Source: a virus
IMG/VR virus record: IMGVR_UViG_3300009964_000001
Span: 86,602 to 150,601 of that record
Length of the DNA stretch: 64,000 bases
Strand: one strand, 5' to 3'
The position numbers were made by a program, and so were the translations under genes. Positions 38,244-48,970 of this stretch are shown piece after piece. Each line of letters starts with the position of its first letter. The stretch's first letter is position 1. The notes beneath the pieces were generated by a model, which was not told where the DNA came from, ran no database searches, and saw only the letters and a program-made list of their open reading frames with translations.

Positions 38244-39002
38244 ATGGGAAAAAGAAAGAAGATACAAGAAAAATTCAAGAAGCTGAAGAAATCTGGATGC
38301 CTTAAGGACATCGCATCGATCAGAAATACGAATCCCGAAATGATGGGCAAAGGAGTGACTGTTACAAATATGGCAGACACTTTCAACCTCTTCGATTTCA
38401 AGGCAGAGAACATAAACATTCATGCGATCGGAAGATCACTGTCGAATCAATGCAGATACAATGGATCGACGAACGGATTCTACTCTGTTGCACAACATTG
38501 CGTTCGTATGGCAGAATCGGCTTATCTCTCTTATGGTGATGTTCGACTTGCGCTTGCAATACTCATTCACGATGCGACAGAATGCTATGTTTCCGATATT
38601 CCTTACACGTTGAAGAGAGAACTTCCCGATCATATCAAGCAAATCGAAAAGGACATCGAAAAGGTGATTTTCTCACACTTTGGTGTTGAAGAATACTTTG
38701 ATTCAAAGCTAATCAAGTTCATCGACACACAAATCTGTAACGATGAACTTGAATTCCTTCTTGGTCAACAGATCGGAATCGACGAGTATCTTTCGGATAA
38801 ACTCAGAGATCTCGACAATCGTGATTGGTCACGTGGTGGTATTCATCCATACGAGAAACCACTCATGTTTGAGTTTGACTATTGGTCTCCAGAGAAAGCA
38901 TATGAACAGTTCATCTCTCACTTCTATAAGTACACTTACCTCGTCGAAAAATATAAGGACAAGGAAGTACTGACGAAGTTTGGGGTAAACACCGAGAAAT
39001 AA
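38244..39002 (+). CDS. HD-domain phosphohydrolase (YfbR/DatZ-like dNTP/dNMP hydrolase)
   Basis: First His in SVAQHCV, HD dyad in LAILIHDATECYVSDIP, downstream Asp residues. Confidence 0.75.
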   Translation: MGKRKKIQEKFKKLKKSGCLKDIASIRNTNPEMMGKGVTVTNMADTFNLFDFKAENINIHAIGRSLSNQCRYNGSTNGFYSVAQHCVRMAESAYLSYGDVRLALAILIHDATECYVSDIPYTLKRELPDHIKQIEKDIEKVIFSHFGVEEYFDSKLIKFIDTQICNDELEFLLGQQIGIDEYLSDKLRDLDNRDWSRGGIHPYEKPLMFEFDYWSPEKAYEQFISHFYKYTYLVEKYKDKEVLTKFGVNTEK

Positions 39003-39012
39003 GAAAACGTTT

Positions 39013-39984
39013 ATGATAGATCAGTTATTCGTATCAAAGTTCTCTCCGAAGAAACTTTCTGCGTTTGTCCTCCCTCAAAGGATAAAGGACATGTTCAAAG
39101 ATGAAGATGATCCGCTCAGACAGTCTATGATCTTCTATGGCTTACAGGGATGTGGGAAATCAAGTCTTGCGAAATATCTCGGTAAGAAATACGTCTTCTT
39201 GTACATTAACGCATCGACAAATGGGAGAATTGAAGATCTTCGTGATGTTGTCACAGAGTTCTGTGATTCTTCTCCACTTCTCTTTGATGAAGGTGTAAAC
39301 TCTGATCGAAAGGTAGTCCTTTTTGATGAGATAAATGGCGCATCTGCACAATTCTTCGAAGGACTTAAGGGCTTCATGGAAGAATACTCATCCGTGATCT
39401 TCCTTGCAACAACGAACCACTTCCACAAGATACCCGATCCGATCAAGTCAAGAATGGTCTCTGTCGACTTCACACCTCAGACGAAGGAAGAAGAAGAACA
39501 GGTAATGAAAGGGTACAAATCGAGAATTGGAAAGATTCTCGAAGGTTGTGGGATCGAGTGCAACGAAGAAGGATTCGAGATGTTGATGAAGAAGTATTAC
39601 CCAGACTTTAGGTCGACACTCAACTTCCTGCAGAGCGTCTACAACGGATCAAAGATAGTCGACAAGAACTCGATTTCTTCCTACGGTGACAGATTCTCCG
39701 AAATCTACGACATGATTCTTGATAAATCCTCAAATCCTGTCGAGATCCATAAGCTCTTGGGAGGTGATTATTCTTCAATGGCTTCCGAAATCATAGAATC
39801 GTTGGATACTGATTTCATCGAGTATATGACCGCAAAGCTCGGTTCTTCGATGACATCTGCAATCCCTACGATTTGTATTGTGGTTTGTGATCATCTCTAC
39901 AAGCTACAAATGTCGGTCGATCCGATGATCGTTCTCAAGTCGTGTGTGTTCACGCTAAACAACTATTATAAATCTCTGAAATGA
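39013..39984 (+). CDS. Clamp-loader AAA+ ATPase (T4 gp44/RFC-like)
   Basis: P-loop GLQGCGKSS, DEIN box, sensor PIKSRMVSVDF (SRC-like). Confidence 0.65.
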   Translation: MIDQLFVSKFSPKKLSAFVLPQRIKDMFKDEDDPLRQSMIFYGLQGCGKSSLAKYLGKKYVFLYINASTNGRIEDLRDVVTEFCDSSPLLFDEGVNSDRKVVLFDEINGASAQFFEGLKGFMEEYSSVIFLATTNHFHKIPDPIKSRMVSVDFTPQTKEEEEQVMKGYKSRIGKILEGCGIECNEEGFEMLMKKYYPDFRSTLNFLQSVYNGSKIVDKNSISSYGDRFSEIYDMILDKSSNPVEIHKLLGGDYSSMASEIIESLDTDFIEYMTAKLGSSMTSAIPTICIVVCDHLYKLQMSVDPMIVLKSCVFTLNNYYKSLK

Positions 39985-40283
39985 AAACAGCAGAATCTAT
40001 CAAGGTAAGGCAATCACTTCTTAAAGTCTACAAGAAGTATGCTTTATCGTGCAAGTATGAAAGTTCATCAATATCTTCTGGTATTATGAAGATACATCAA
40101 GAGACTAGTCACAAGCTGGGAAGTGTCGTCACGAATATCACTTTCGACGACAAATCTAACATCTGCACCATAACTCATAACAATGGTGAGAAGTGGTCTA
40201 CGAAGTCATTCAGATTCACGTCATCTGAAGAATTCTTATCATTGTACGACAAAACGATCGACGAGATGCTGAACGAAAAGTAG
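39981..40283 (+). CDS. Hypothetical protein
   Basis: ORF, translationally coupled to clamp loader (ATGA overlap). Confidence 0.35.
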   Translation: MKTAESIKVRQSLLKVYKKYALSCKYESSSISSGIMKIHQETSHKLGSVVTNITFDDKSNICTITHNNGEKWSTKSFRFTSSEEFLSLYDKTIDEMLNEK

Positions 40284-40305
40284 GCGATATCGATTCGAAA
40301 TAGAG

Positions 40306-40343
40306 GATGATGAGCAATGTTGGAAAAACATTGCTCATCATCT
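40306..40343 (+). terminator. Stem-loop
   Basis: gatgatgagcaatgtt...aacattgctcatcatc. Confidence 0.55.
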
Positions 40344-40386
40344 GTATTATAGAACTTATGGAAAAACTAATAACAAACAACAAGCA

Positions 40387-40680
40387 ATGATGAATAAGCA
40401 AGAACTCGAAAAGATCGTAAAGCCACTCTGTTGGAGAAGCTATGATAACGGAAGAGTTATCACTGCAGAAACAGTTTTGAAGTACAATCTGAAACTTGAA
40501 AAGGTGGGTGAATGTTACTTAGTTCACAGAATATACTCGGATAATGACTGTTTAGAGTATAACAAGCCAGTCTCCCTTGAAACCGCTAAAGATATCGCAT
40601 GGACTGCTTATCTTCATACGATAGGTTGCATTATGGAAACCATAACAAAAGACGAAGATGGCAAAAGCAAGACCAAGTAA
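40387..40680 (+). CDS. Hypothetical protein
   Basis: ORF only. Confidence 0.3.
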   Translation: MMNKQELEKIVKPLCWRSYDNGRVITAETVLKYNLKLEKVGECYLVHRIYSDNDCLEYNKPVSLETAKDIAWTAYLHTIGCIMETITKDEDGKSKTK

Positions 40681-41062
40681 TGGCATGCTCTCTTTTGTCA
40701 ACGATTTCCTCGACGAATGGCGAGAGATGGCAAAAGAAAAGCAGAACGACATCAATGAGGTCGTGTCATTTGTCAATGATTGTATCGACAAACTTCAATC
40801 GATGACAAACTTTGAAATCTACTCTCGAGAGACAAACGTTCGTGGCGGATCTTTCGATATGAACTGTGAAATGGAAAACGACGAATACGGATTCGTGAGA
40901 GTTTATGCACAATTCGACGGCAACGATTATTACGCATCTCTAACGTACATCGATGATAATCACGAGATCGTTGATAACACTGTATCAGTGAAAAAGAAAT
41001 CATCTATAATCTCGAAGATACAAGCATTTGTGGATAGTGTTGAACAGAAAATCAGGAAGTGA
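40658..41062 (+). CDS. Hypothetical protein
   Basis: ORF only. Confidence 0.35.
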   Translation: MAKARPSNGMLSFVNDFLDEWREMAKEKQNDINEVVSFVNDCIDKLQSMTNFEIYSRETNVRGGSFDMNCEMENDEYGFVRVYAQFDGNDYYASLTYIDDNHEIVDNTVSVKKKSSIISKIQAFVDSVEQKIRK

Positions 41063-41505
41063 TCATGGGACTTTTGAAAGCATTGAAGGAATTTGTGAAC
41101 AATAGAAAGATTGTGAACACGAAGAGGTCTTATGTTTCGCATGAAGATCTTCGTTATAATCCTTCTCATTTCCACCAGATACCAGAAGTCACAAAGTACG
41201 ACATCGTACCTCATAACATGGTCGTGATAGCTTCTCATGGGACTGGCTATTTTGTACACCATGAGGATTGTCACACATATAAAGCCACAAATACCACGTG
41301 CTATGAGTTCATGCTCGAAAACCAATACGATGGATCGTTCGTGGATATTGTCATAAACTACGAAAGTCACGAAAATGGGGAAGGTGAGATCATCAACATC
41401 AGTATGGCGTATGAATACGACACGGAAACATCAATCGGAAATGTATCAAGAGATGAAGCGATAAAGTTTATGGCTTCATTCCTTCAAAAAACTCTGTTAT
41501 TATGA
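41059..41505 (+). CDS. Hypothetical protein
   Basis: ORF only. Confidence 0.35.
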   Translation: MIMGLLKALKEFVNNRKIVNTKRSYVSHEDLRYNPSHFHQIPEVTKYDIVPHNMVVIASHGTGYFVHHEDCHTYKATNTTCYEFMLENQYDGSFVDIVINYESHENGEGEIINISMAYEYDTETSIGNVSRDEAIKFMASFLQKTLLL

Positions 41506-41554
41506 CAACTTTGTCATGACAAGAATGGCAGAATATGACAACTTTGTCATGACA
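41502..41554 (+). promoter_or_regulatory. Two copies of palindromic 20-mer ATGACAACTTTGTCATGACA (operator-like dyads TGACAA-N3-TTGTCA)
   Basis: Exact duplicate 33 bp apart, upstream of 41650 gene. Confidence 0.5.
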
Positions 41555-41649
41555 GTGATGATTTGGCACGATCTTTGTTATAACTGTTATGAAAGATCAC
41601 TCGGATCAATCAACCAATCAGATCAGTTCAACTAAACTCAACAACAATC

Positions 41650-42315
41650 ATGGCAACCATACAAGACAAGCTCGACAAGAACGTAGAATTCGTTTGTTCA
41701 TTGTACAAAGCACGATACGAAAAATCGAAGGCAGTACAGAACGAATCGTTATACCACGTAACATACACGATCACTTGCGAAGACGGTCATACGATCATCT
41801 TCCATGCGAACTGCTTTCCGAATATGTTCGGGATGGTCATCAACGATCTCTTCTCTGATAGTGAATCTTCGATGATCGTGGAAACACTTGAAAACGAAGA
41901 TGACTACGCAGAAAAGGTCGTATCGACGCTTTCGGGTCTCATGGCGTACAAGAAATCAGAAGATGAACATCAAGGACTTGTTGACGAGTATGATCTCGTA
42001 GGTTCTATCGTCGGTACAACAAAGAACGCCACGTGGGAACATAAGTACGGAAATGATAACATCCGTGGGACATTTTTCGATCACTTCATCGTCAATATCA
42101 ACTACGATGTAACAATGACTGTCACACTTGAACACTTCGACAAGGATCAGCGTGACAGTCACTCAGAAAAGGTCGACATCCTCACGTTCACTGTTCGTAC
42201 CATTACTGGGACTTATGAAAAGAAGATCCTCAGTACGACACTTCGAGAAGCGATGGTGGAATCAGTCGATTTCATAAATCTTGCCAACAGGTTCTGTGGT
42301 GGTAGAATGATCTGA
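41650..42315 (+). CDS. Hypothetical protein
   Basis: 221-aa ORF. Confidence 0.4.
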   Translation: MATIQDKLDKNVEFVCSLYKARYEKSKAVQNESLYHVTYTITCEDGHTIIFHANCFPNMFGMVINDLFSDSESSMIVETLENEDDYAEKVVSTLSGLMAYKKSEDEHQGLVDEYDLVGSIVGTTKNATWEHKYGNDNIRGTFFDHFIVNINYDVTMTVTLEHFDKDQRDSHSEKVDILTFTVRTITGTYEKKILSTTLREAMVESVDFINLANRFCGGRMI

Positions 42316-42367
42316 TAAGATAGCCGTCTCCGTCGAGATCGATATTTAAATAACAAAAGCAACAAAA

Positions 42368-42410
42368 GTGAAACCTCGTGATATTCGTTATCACGAGGTT
42401 TCACTTTTTT
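42368..42410 (+). terminator. Rho-independent terminator
   Basis: gtgaaacctcgtgata-ttcg-ttatcacgaggtttcac + TTTTTT. Confidence 0.7.
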
Positions 42411-43056
42411 GAAAATATCGATCATCAACATGTTAGAGGTAGATTTAGCAAAATTGATAGTCTCTCATTTCTCAAAAGACTATGACGTGTATCAAGAAGT
42501 GAAAGCTTGTTCTTCACGTGTCATTGATATTGTGGTTCGTAAGAAATCGGGACTTATGGCAATAGAAACCAAAGTGACGTTGAATATGAAACTTTGGGAA
42601 CAAGCATTCAAGAACAAGAAGTGGTGTAGTTATTCTTTCATTGCAATTCCACAAAACATATATCGGAAATCTCGACGAAAGATGATCTCTGGTATGTGCA
42701 GAGGTCTGAACATTGGTGTCATTGTTGTAGATTTCGATGGAAATGTGAGCATACAATACAACCCCACACAAGAAATCCCCACACAAACCTTAAAGTTGTA
42801 CGACGAACAGAAGTCGTTCGCTCTTGCAGGAAGTGGCGGTGTTCCATACTTCACACCATTCAAGAAGACCGTATCCGAGATCAAGAAGTATCTCGAAGAG
42901 CATGGGAAGTCAGAACTCACGACAGTTTTGTCATCAATAGATCATCATTACAAAACACAACAATCTGCAATATCCTCCATTCGCAAGTATGCCTTGAAAG
43001 GTGCTATCAGAGGTATTGTCTCATCGGAAGACGGTAAGTATTTAGAGCTTTCTTGA
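42409..43056 (+). CDS. PD-(D/E)xK-fold nuclease-like protein (track start is TTG; ATG at 42430 more likely)
   Basis: DIVVRKKSGLMAIETKVT resembles D-x(n)-E-x-K core. Confidence 0.4.
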   Translation: MKISIINMLEVDLAKLIVSHFSKDYDVYQEVKACSSRVIDIVVRKKSGLMAIETKVTLNMKLWEQAFKNKKWCSYSFIAIPQNIYRKSRRKMISGMCRGLNIGVIVVDFDGNVSIQYNPTQEIPTQTLKLYDEQKSFALAGSGGVPYFTPFKKTVSEIKKYLEEHGKSELTTVLSSIDHHYKTQQSAISSIRKYALKGAIRGIVSSEDGKYLELS

Positions 43057-43093
43057 ACCTTAAATAAGCAAACAATTCAAGAAAGACTATCCA

Positions 43094-45049
43094 ATGAGTA
43101 ACAATAAAAATGTTGTAATCTTTGAGAACCATAGCGTTCCGATGAATCGTGTAAATGAATCGTTGGAATCCACGAATGGTGTCAAGGATTACGTCTTTGA
43201 GGGTGTCTGTGCTACCTTTAATGGGAAAAATGAAAACGCAAGATTCTACGACAGAGATGAGTATCTTCGTCATGTCGAATACCTACAGAAGGAAATAGAA
43301 CAGAACTCGCTTGCAGGATCTCTTGATCATCCCGATGGTGATGAAGAGGACGAAACGAAGGACATCTTCACGCCAAAAATGAAAGACCTGTCCCACCTCA
43401 TCACAAAGCTTTGGTATAAGCCAGAGACTGATGAAGTCTGGATCAGAATCAAGCTTCTTGACACTGAATGGGGTAAGGATGCTAAGGCGTGTGTTGATGC
43501 TGGTATGCCACTGTTCATTAGCTCAAGATCATCTGGTTTCATTGACAAAGATGGACGAGTATGGTTGGCACAAATTCACACATACGATATCGTCTACAGA
43601 CCTGGGTTTGGGAACGCTAAACTTTCTCCAGTACTCGAATCATTCGATGGAAAGAACAGTTACCTTAGCGTTTACTCAAGACAGAAGGCGGTAGATGGTA
43701 CTGAATCTGAAAATATTAATATGGAAAATAAGACTTATAAGCTAAGCGAACTCACAAAGGAAGACGTACTCTCGCTTCTGTTCAACCCTAATGTGAAGGG
43801 AGCTTATGATTTCACGAGTGATGTGATCGAAAAACTCGACGAATTCTTCGATTATCCAAAGTTCATCGATTACTACAACGAAAACTATCCTATGCTTTCC
43901 GAAGCAATCGTGAACTACTTCATGGATTGTGGCAGATACGTTTACGATGACGGTACGTCTTGTGAAAATATTGGTGACTTCATCAAGATCGAAGTTGGTC
44001 GTGCATGTGACGACTATTTCGCAGAGATCAAGCAGGTCTTCAAGAACAACTTCGGAGATTTTGTTGAAGAAGGCGACGGTAAGGCAGATATCGATCGTTA
44101 TGCTCATATCATCGAAGAATGTAAGAAGTCGAAGAGAAATGTCCTGCGCAAGATCCAGTCGGTGAACGAATGTGAATCTGTGAAATATGTCGTTTCCGAC
44201 TTCTGCAATGATCCTTCTTGTGACATTGAAGATAAGTTCGAAGTTGCCAGAGAGTTCTTCGTCAAGTATCCCGAGTATGGCGTAATTGTCGATGATTGTT
44301 CTATGGAAGATGTTGTTCTCATCGCTTGTGATATGAAGAACGACTCTATCTATGACGAGATCGAGAACTCTGAAGTCAGAACGAAGAACGAAATCGCAGA
44401 TGTCAAGAATATCGTCAACAAGCTTTACGCTCAGATCAACCAAGATAGAGCAGAGTTCAAGAAATCGATAAATTCTCTCGTCGGAAATGTAAACCGAGTT
44501 CTCGAAGAATACAAGGCAGATATTGAAAGCGCATTCTGTACGATTGACGAAATCCGTGATGATGTTTACAACATTATCTCATGGATCGAATCGAACAACA
44601 CTGCACTTGACAAGTCCGCAGAAGTTGCACAGATCTCCAAGAGGTTGGATGGTGTCGCCCAAACCTTTAGTCAGAAGATTGACGAAATCGAATCATCACA
44701 GGAAGCAATGGTGTCTCACGTCGACAATATCGAAAGTGACGTTTCCTTTATTGCAGAATCTGCAAACAGAACGAAGCAGATGGTGAAGGAATCCGCAACC
44801 GCTCGAAAGATTGAAGATGCAACAAGCATTGGTTCAAGAATCGACAACGTCATCGAGACGATCAAGGCACAAGCACCCGCTTTCCGTGTGTTTGAATCTG
44901 ACGGCTCTCTCTACGTTCCTAACAGATTTGCAAAGCAGTACAACTCTCTTGATGAGGATCAGAAGACTTACGTGAAATCTGTTTTCGAAACAAAGAATCC
45001 GAGATCTAAATCGGAATTCTTCTCCATTTGGGAATCTCTCGGTCTTTAA
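43094..45049 (+). CDS. Prohead protease / scaffold (core) protein fusion upstream of major capsid gene
   Basis: Position before MCP; N-domain with candidate His/Ser (LDHP, SSRSSG); C-terminal half long coiled coil; late-promoter motif upstream. Confidence 0.45.
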   Translation: MSNNKNVVIFENHSVPMNRVNESLESTNGVKDYVFEGVCATFNGKNENARFYDRDEYLRHVEYLQKEIEQNSLAGSLDHPDGDEEDETKDIFTPKMKDLSHLITKLWYKPETDEVWIRIKLLDTEWGKDAKACVDAGMPLFISSRSSGFIDKDGRVWLAQIHTYDIVYRPGFGNAKLSPVLESFDGKNSYLSVYSRQKAVDGTESENINMENKTYKLSELTKEDVLSLLFNPNVKGAYDFTSDVIEKLDEFFDYPKFIDYYNENYPMLSEAIVNYFMDCGRYVYDDGTSCENIGDFIKIEVGRACDDYFAEIKQVFKNNFGDFVEEGDGKADIDRYAHIIEECKKSKRNVLRKIQSVNECESVKYVVSDFCNDPSCDIEDKFEVAREFFVKYPEYGVIVDDCSMEDVVLIACDMKNDSIYDEIENSEVRTKNEIADVKNIVNKLYAQINQDRAEFKKSINSLVGNVNRVLEEYKADIESAFCTIDEIRDDVYNIISWIESNNTALDKSAEVAQISKRLDGVAQTFSQKIDEIESSQEAMVSHVDNIESDVSFIAESANRTKQMVKESATARKIEDATSIGSRIDNVIETIKAQAPAFRVFESDGSLYVPNRFAKQYNSLDEDQKTYVKSVFETKNPRSKSEFFSIWESLGL

Positions 45050-45108
45050 TGACCGAGAGAAATCTCTCCTAAATAACGAAATCAAAATTATAACAAAAGA
45101 AGATTTAT

Positions 45109-46731
45109 ATGACTAAGATAAATGAAGGTCTTCTCAACAGAGTGGTCAATGAACACTCTTCTAAGTTGAGAAAGCTGTTTAAGGACAGAGGTTATTCTGT
45201 CAATGAGTCTCGACTTCGTGATATCGCACTCATGGCTCACACCAGAAAGATTTACGAAAGTGCTTCTAATGGTGCTAATGTCCCAGGTCGTGGTGCATTC
45301 TCATTCGGTTCTGCAACTGAACGTGGTTCTGCAGAAATGTTCGACAGACTGTTTACGGTATTCGTAGACACTGCAGCTACTAACGTTGGTTTCGACCTCC
45401 TGCACGTAGCTCCTATGACGAAGAGCAACATCACGATGGTTGTCGCAGAGCCAGTTTACGCTGGTGGTAAGAAGGAATCTGCAAATGGTAATCACCTGCA
45501 GGTATTCCAGATCAAGGCAAAGACCACGACGAGTGCTGATCCTCTGAAGGTAGGTACGAAGTACGAAATCAAGGAAACTGGTGGTGCTACGAAGGTTGCT
45601 GAAGTCAAGTTCATCGGTATCCATCAGTACAATGGTAATTTCATCTTCGACCTCGTAAGTGTTGAAGCTACCCACAAGGACAAGGTTCTTGCAGAAATCC
45701 TTGAAAACGCAGAAATCACCTCGGGTAGCGGTAAGTGGGTTCTCAGTGGTAACACTGTCGACTACGTAAACGGCTTCACGAACTTCATCGCTGGTTTCGC
45801 AGGTTCTGGTCTTCAGAACAACGATCCTTTCCACGTTGGTCGTAACAACGGCAAGTCCCTGTTCAAGCCAATGTCACGTGAAGTTGGTGAAACGCAGGGT
45901 GCTCGTACTCTCGGTACTAAGATGTGGAACAGAACGTTCTCTGCAGAAACCTTCCACGTTGATCTTTCGCTGACCACTGAGCAGATTCAGGATGCTCGTA
46001 TGGATCACGACTTCGACATGCTCGAATTCTCTGAAGAAATCATGAAGAATGACCTCGATCAGTCTATCAACGATCACATTCTTTCTATGATCTTCGCTTC
46101 GGGTTGGGATCACCACGTTGCTATCAACAAGCTCTCCAACATCAACCTCAACGCAAACTTCGGTACTGGTACTGGTGCAACGCAGGAATTCGTTGGTCTT
46201 GATGGTGAACTCAAGCAGATCTCTGGTGCAACCTCTGTTCTCCCTGCTGTTGGTGCAATCGCAGAAAACCTTTCCACCCTGCAGAAGAGAATCATCACGA
46301 GAATGTTCTTCGCTTCTACGATCATCAAGAATCGTGGTCGTGTAGGTGCAGGTAACACCGCTGTTGTCAATGGTACGAACTCTACGGCTATCCGTGATGT
46401 CCGTGGTTTTGCTATCGCTCCATTTGAAAACACGCTTCAGACGCAGTCTTCCCTCGCCCACCTCGGTCAGTTCTACGGAATTGATGTCTTCGAAGATGGT
46501 CTGATGGATCTGAACGACTGCCGTGTAGCTGTCTTCAACAAGGGTGGTGAAAAGACCCCAGGTCTCGCATTCTGCCCATACATCCTCGGTGAAAAGGTAG
46601 AAACCGTCGCTGAAGGTACGATGGAGAAGAAGTTCAGACTTAAGTCTCGCTACGTCATTGCTGAACGTGGTTCTCACCCAGAAGCTCAGTACATGACGTT
46701 CGTCGTAGAAGGTAGCGACAAGCTCGTCTAA
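45109..46731 (+). CDS. Major capsid protein, T4 gp23-like
   Basis: VGFDLLHVAPMTKSNITMVVAEPVY (gp23 IAFDICGVQPMNSPTGQVFALRAVY); 540 aa; late-promoter motif CCTAAATAACGAAA upstream; strong terminator downstream. Confidence 0.75.
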   Translation: MTKINEGLLNRVVNEHSSKLRKLFKDRGYSVNESRLRDIALMAHTRKIYESASNGANVPGRGAFSFGSATERGSAEMFDRLFTVFVDTAATNVGFDLLHVAPMTKSNITMVVAEPVYAGGKKESANGNHLQVFQIKAKTTTSADPLKVGTKYEIKETGGATKVAEVKFIGIHQYNGNFIFDLVSVEATHKDKVLAEILENAEITSGSGKWVLSGNTVDYVNGFTNFIAGFAGSGLQNNDPFHVGRNNGKSLFKPMSREVGETQGARTLGTKMWNRTFSAETFHVDLSLTTEQIQDARMDHDFDMLEFSEEIMKNDLDQSINDHILSMIFASGWDHHVAINKLSNINLNANFGTGTGATQEFVGLDGELKQISGATSVLPAVGAIAENLSTLQKRIITRMFFASTIIKNRGRVGAGNTAVVNGTNSTAIRDVRGFAIAPFENTLQTQSSLAHLGQFYGIDVFEDGLMDLNDCRVAVFNKGGEKTPGLAFCPYILGEKVETVAEGTMEKKFRLKSRYVIAERGSHPEAQYMTFVVEGSDKLV

Positions 46732-46764
46732 ACACGAAAGCCATAAAAATACACTCTCCTTTTT

Positions 46765-46807
46765 TTGAGGGGCTGATGAACCATTTGAGGTTTGTCAGCC
46801 CCTCAAA
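46765..46807 (+). terminator. Terminator after capsid gene
   Basis: TTTTTT-gaggggctgatgaa...tttgtcagcccctcaaa. Confidence 0.65.
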
Positions 46808-46866
46808 GTGTTTCTAAAATATAAGAAACATGGAGAAAAAATGGTAACATCCATTTATGAATTAAT

Positions 46867-48636
46867 ATGGCAAAAACTATCTTTAACGGAAACGCAAAGA
46901 GTTTTTCAGAGATCAACCAATTCATAGGAAACTTTGATAAATCTGGTGGTCTGCTCTCTGAACACACAACAGCAGAAATCCGAGAATGGGTTCACACAGG
47001 TTCGTATGTCCTCAACGCCTGCATATCGGGATCAATCCTCAAAGGTGTGCCTTCGGGGAGAATCATCACGATATCTGGTGATCCAAAGACTGGGAAATCC
47101 TTCGTTCTTCTGTCATGTATGGCACAGCTACAAAAGAAGGGCTATTTCTGCATCTACTTCGACACCGAAAACGCAACAAGCTATGACAGATTCATAGCAC
47201 AAGGTGTTGATCCTCAAGGTGTACGTGTGATTGTACCAGAGACTGTGGCAGACATCACTGTACAGCTCACACAGCTCACACAATCACTGCTTGATACCAA
47301 GAAGGAATACGAGCAGAAGAATAAGAAGCTGTCTGATGATGAAAAGCTCGAGATTCCAAAAGTGGCGGTGTTCATCGATTCACTTTCTGCACTGAACTCA
47401 TCGAAGCAATTCTCCGATGCTCTAAGTGGTGAAATGAAACAGGACATGGGGACAGTGGCAAAGGAAATCAAGCTTCTTTTCAACATGATCACACCTCGTC
47501 TTGGGAAGCTCGATATTCCAATGCTCTGTACCGCACACGAATACGAAGCCGATCAAGGATATCAGCGAGTTCGTGTAACAAGCGGTGGTAAGGGGATCAC
47601 TTACATGGCATCCGTTCTTGTATCTCTTCGTAAGAAGTTCGACAGAGATGAAAACAAGCAGAAGATGGGGGTCATTGTGACTGCAGGGATCAACGAATCT
47701 CGATTCTCGATTCACAGACCAGTAGAGTTTTACATCTCCTTCACAAAAGGGCTTAATGCTTACATGGGATTACAAGAATTCGTATCTTGGAACATCTGTG
47801 GGATCGACCGAGGGAGAATGGTGGCATATGTCGACACCGCATCAGAGATATCAAAGAAGATCGGTCTCGACAAGACAAGAGCATACTCGACGAAGGAAAT
47901 AGAACGAGAACTTGCACAAGCAAAGAAGCAAACGTTCTACCAATCTCTATCATACGACCTCTACAACGGCTACATTCGAATTGTGTCATCAGACAACACG
48001 ATTGTTCTTCCAGATCTTGTACGTATGTTCGAACAAGATGGATTCGACTTTACAGAAGATCTCGAAACAAGGACAATCAAGGACAAACTGATCGTTCTTG
48101 GGATCTACTCTGACGAAGCGATGACGAAGATGATCTCCAGTTACATTGACAGCGGTGATGCTTACATGGTCGGAAATGTGAAACTCGACGTTGCAAAGAA
48201 TCAGAAGCTGAAGTTCAAGAAGTCGATCATTCAATCGATAGGTGATGGAACGTATGTGGAAAGACTCTTGGAAGTTGAATCTGAGCAGACACAAGAGATC
48301 AACGAAAAGAAGGATCAGAAGTTCGTATTCACCGAGAAGTTCTTCACCGAGAGATTCGAAGATGGGAAGCTTATCCCCTCATCTACGGAGAAGGTCTGTT
48401 TCCCCACACCTACTGGGACTGAATGGGTAGTCCGTCATCTCAACAAGTCCTTCAAGAATCTGGAAATCTTCAACAAACACGTCTTTACTGACGAAATCTT
48501 GAAGACGCTTGATGAGAAGGTCATGATTCCTCTGTTCTCTTACAGAGATAAAGAATATGAGGACATGGACGGTGATCTTTCAAACACTGACATGGAAGAA
48601 CTTTCTGAAATGGACAAGATTATGAGCGGATTATGA
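46867..48636 (+). CDS. uvsX: RecA-family recombinase, T4 UvsX-like (with C-terminal extension)
   Basis: Walker A ISGDPKTGKS, Walker B AVFIDSLSAL, GTVAKEIKLLFNMITPRLGKLDIPMLCTAHEYE (UvsX MTRAKTMKSLFRIVTPYFSTKNIPCIAINHTYE). Confidence 0.85.
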   Translation: MAKTIFNGNAKSFSEINQFIGNFDKSGGLLSEHTTAEIREWVHTGSYVLNACISGSILKGVPSGRIITISGDPKTGKSFVLLSCMAQLQKKGYFCIYFDTENATSYDRFIAQGVDPQGVRVIVPETVADITVQLTQLTQSLLDTKKEYEQKNKKLSDDEKLEIPKVAVFIDSLSALNSSKQFSDALSGEMKQDMGTVAKEIKLLFNMITPRLGKLDIPMLCTAHEYEADQGYQRVRVTSGGKGITYMASVLVSLRKKFDRDENKQKMGVIVTAGINESRFSIHRPVEFYISFTKGLNAYMGLQEFVSWNICGIDRGRMVAYVDTASEISKKIGLDKTRAYSTKEIERELAQAKKQTFYQSLSYDLYNGYIRIVSSDNTIVLPDLVRMFEQDGFDFTEDLETRTIKDKLIVLGIYSDEAMTKMISSYIDSGDAYMVGNVKLDVAKNQKLKFKKSIIQSIGDGTYVERLLEVESEQTQEINEKKDQKFVFTEKFFTERFEDGKLIPSSTEKVCFPTPTGTEWVVRHLNKSFKNLEIFNKHVFTDEILKTLDEKVMIPLFSYRDKEYEDMDGDLSNTDMEELSEMDKIMSGL

Positions 48637-48896
48637 AGATCGATGAACTCGTAGATAAGCAAGATTTGAAGATAAAGCACATCTCTGGTGAATATCTTCA
48701 TTATACAAACCACTCTATTGATGATGTCGTTTATGCTATCTTATCCAAAGGTAGGAAATCGATGAAGTTCAACGACATCGTGAAAGTGTTCGGTGAAGAG
48801 AAACGTGATCAACTTTGGTCTCTTGTGGACGATATGGTCTCGCTTGGTTATGCTTCCGTGATAGGCGAAGAAGACAAGACGATTTCTCTCTTATAA
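48633..48896 (+). CDS. Hypothetical protein (between uvsX and helicase)
   Basis: ORF. Confidence 0.35.
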   Translation: MKIDELVDKQDLKIKHISGEYLHYTNHSIDDVVYAILSKGRKSMKFNDIVKVFGEEKRDQLWSLVDDMVSLGYASVIGEEDKTISLL

Positions 48897-48902
48897 AGAA
48901 TG

Positions 48903-48940
48903 TGGGGGCTTTTCTGGAAATAAAAAGCAGAAAGCCCCCA
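48903..48940 (+). terminator. Stem-loop
   Basis: tgggggcttttctg...cagaaagccccca. Confidence 0.6.
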
Positions 48941-48970
48941 CTAACTATCTTCAAAAACTACAACAAGAAA

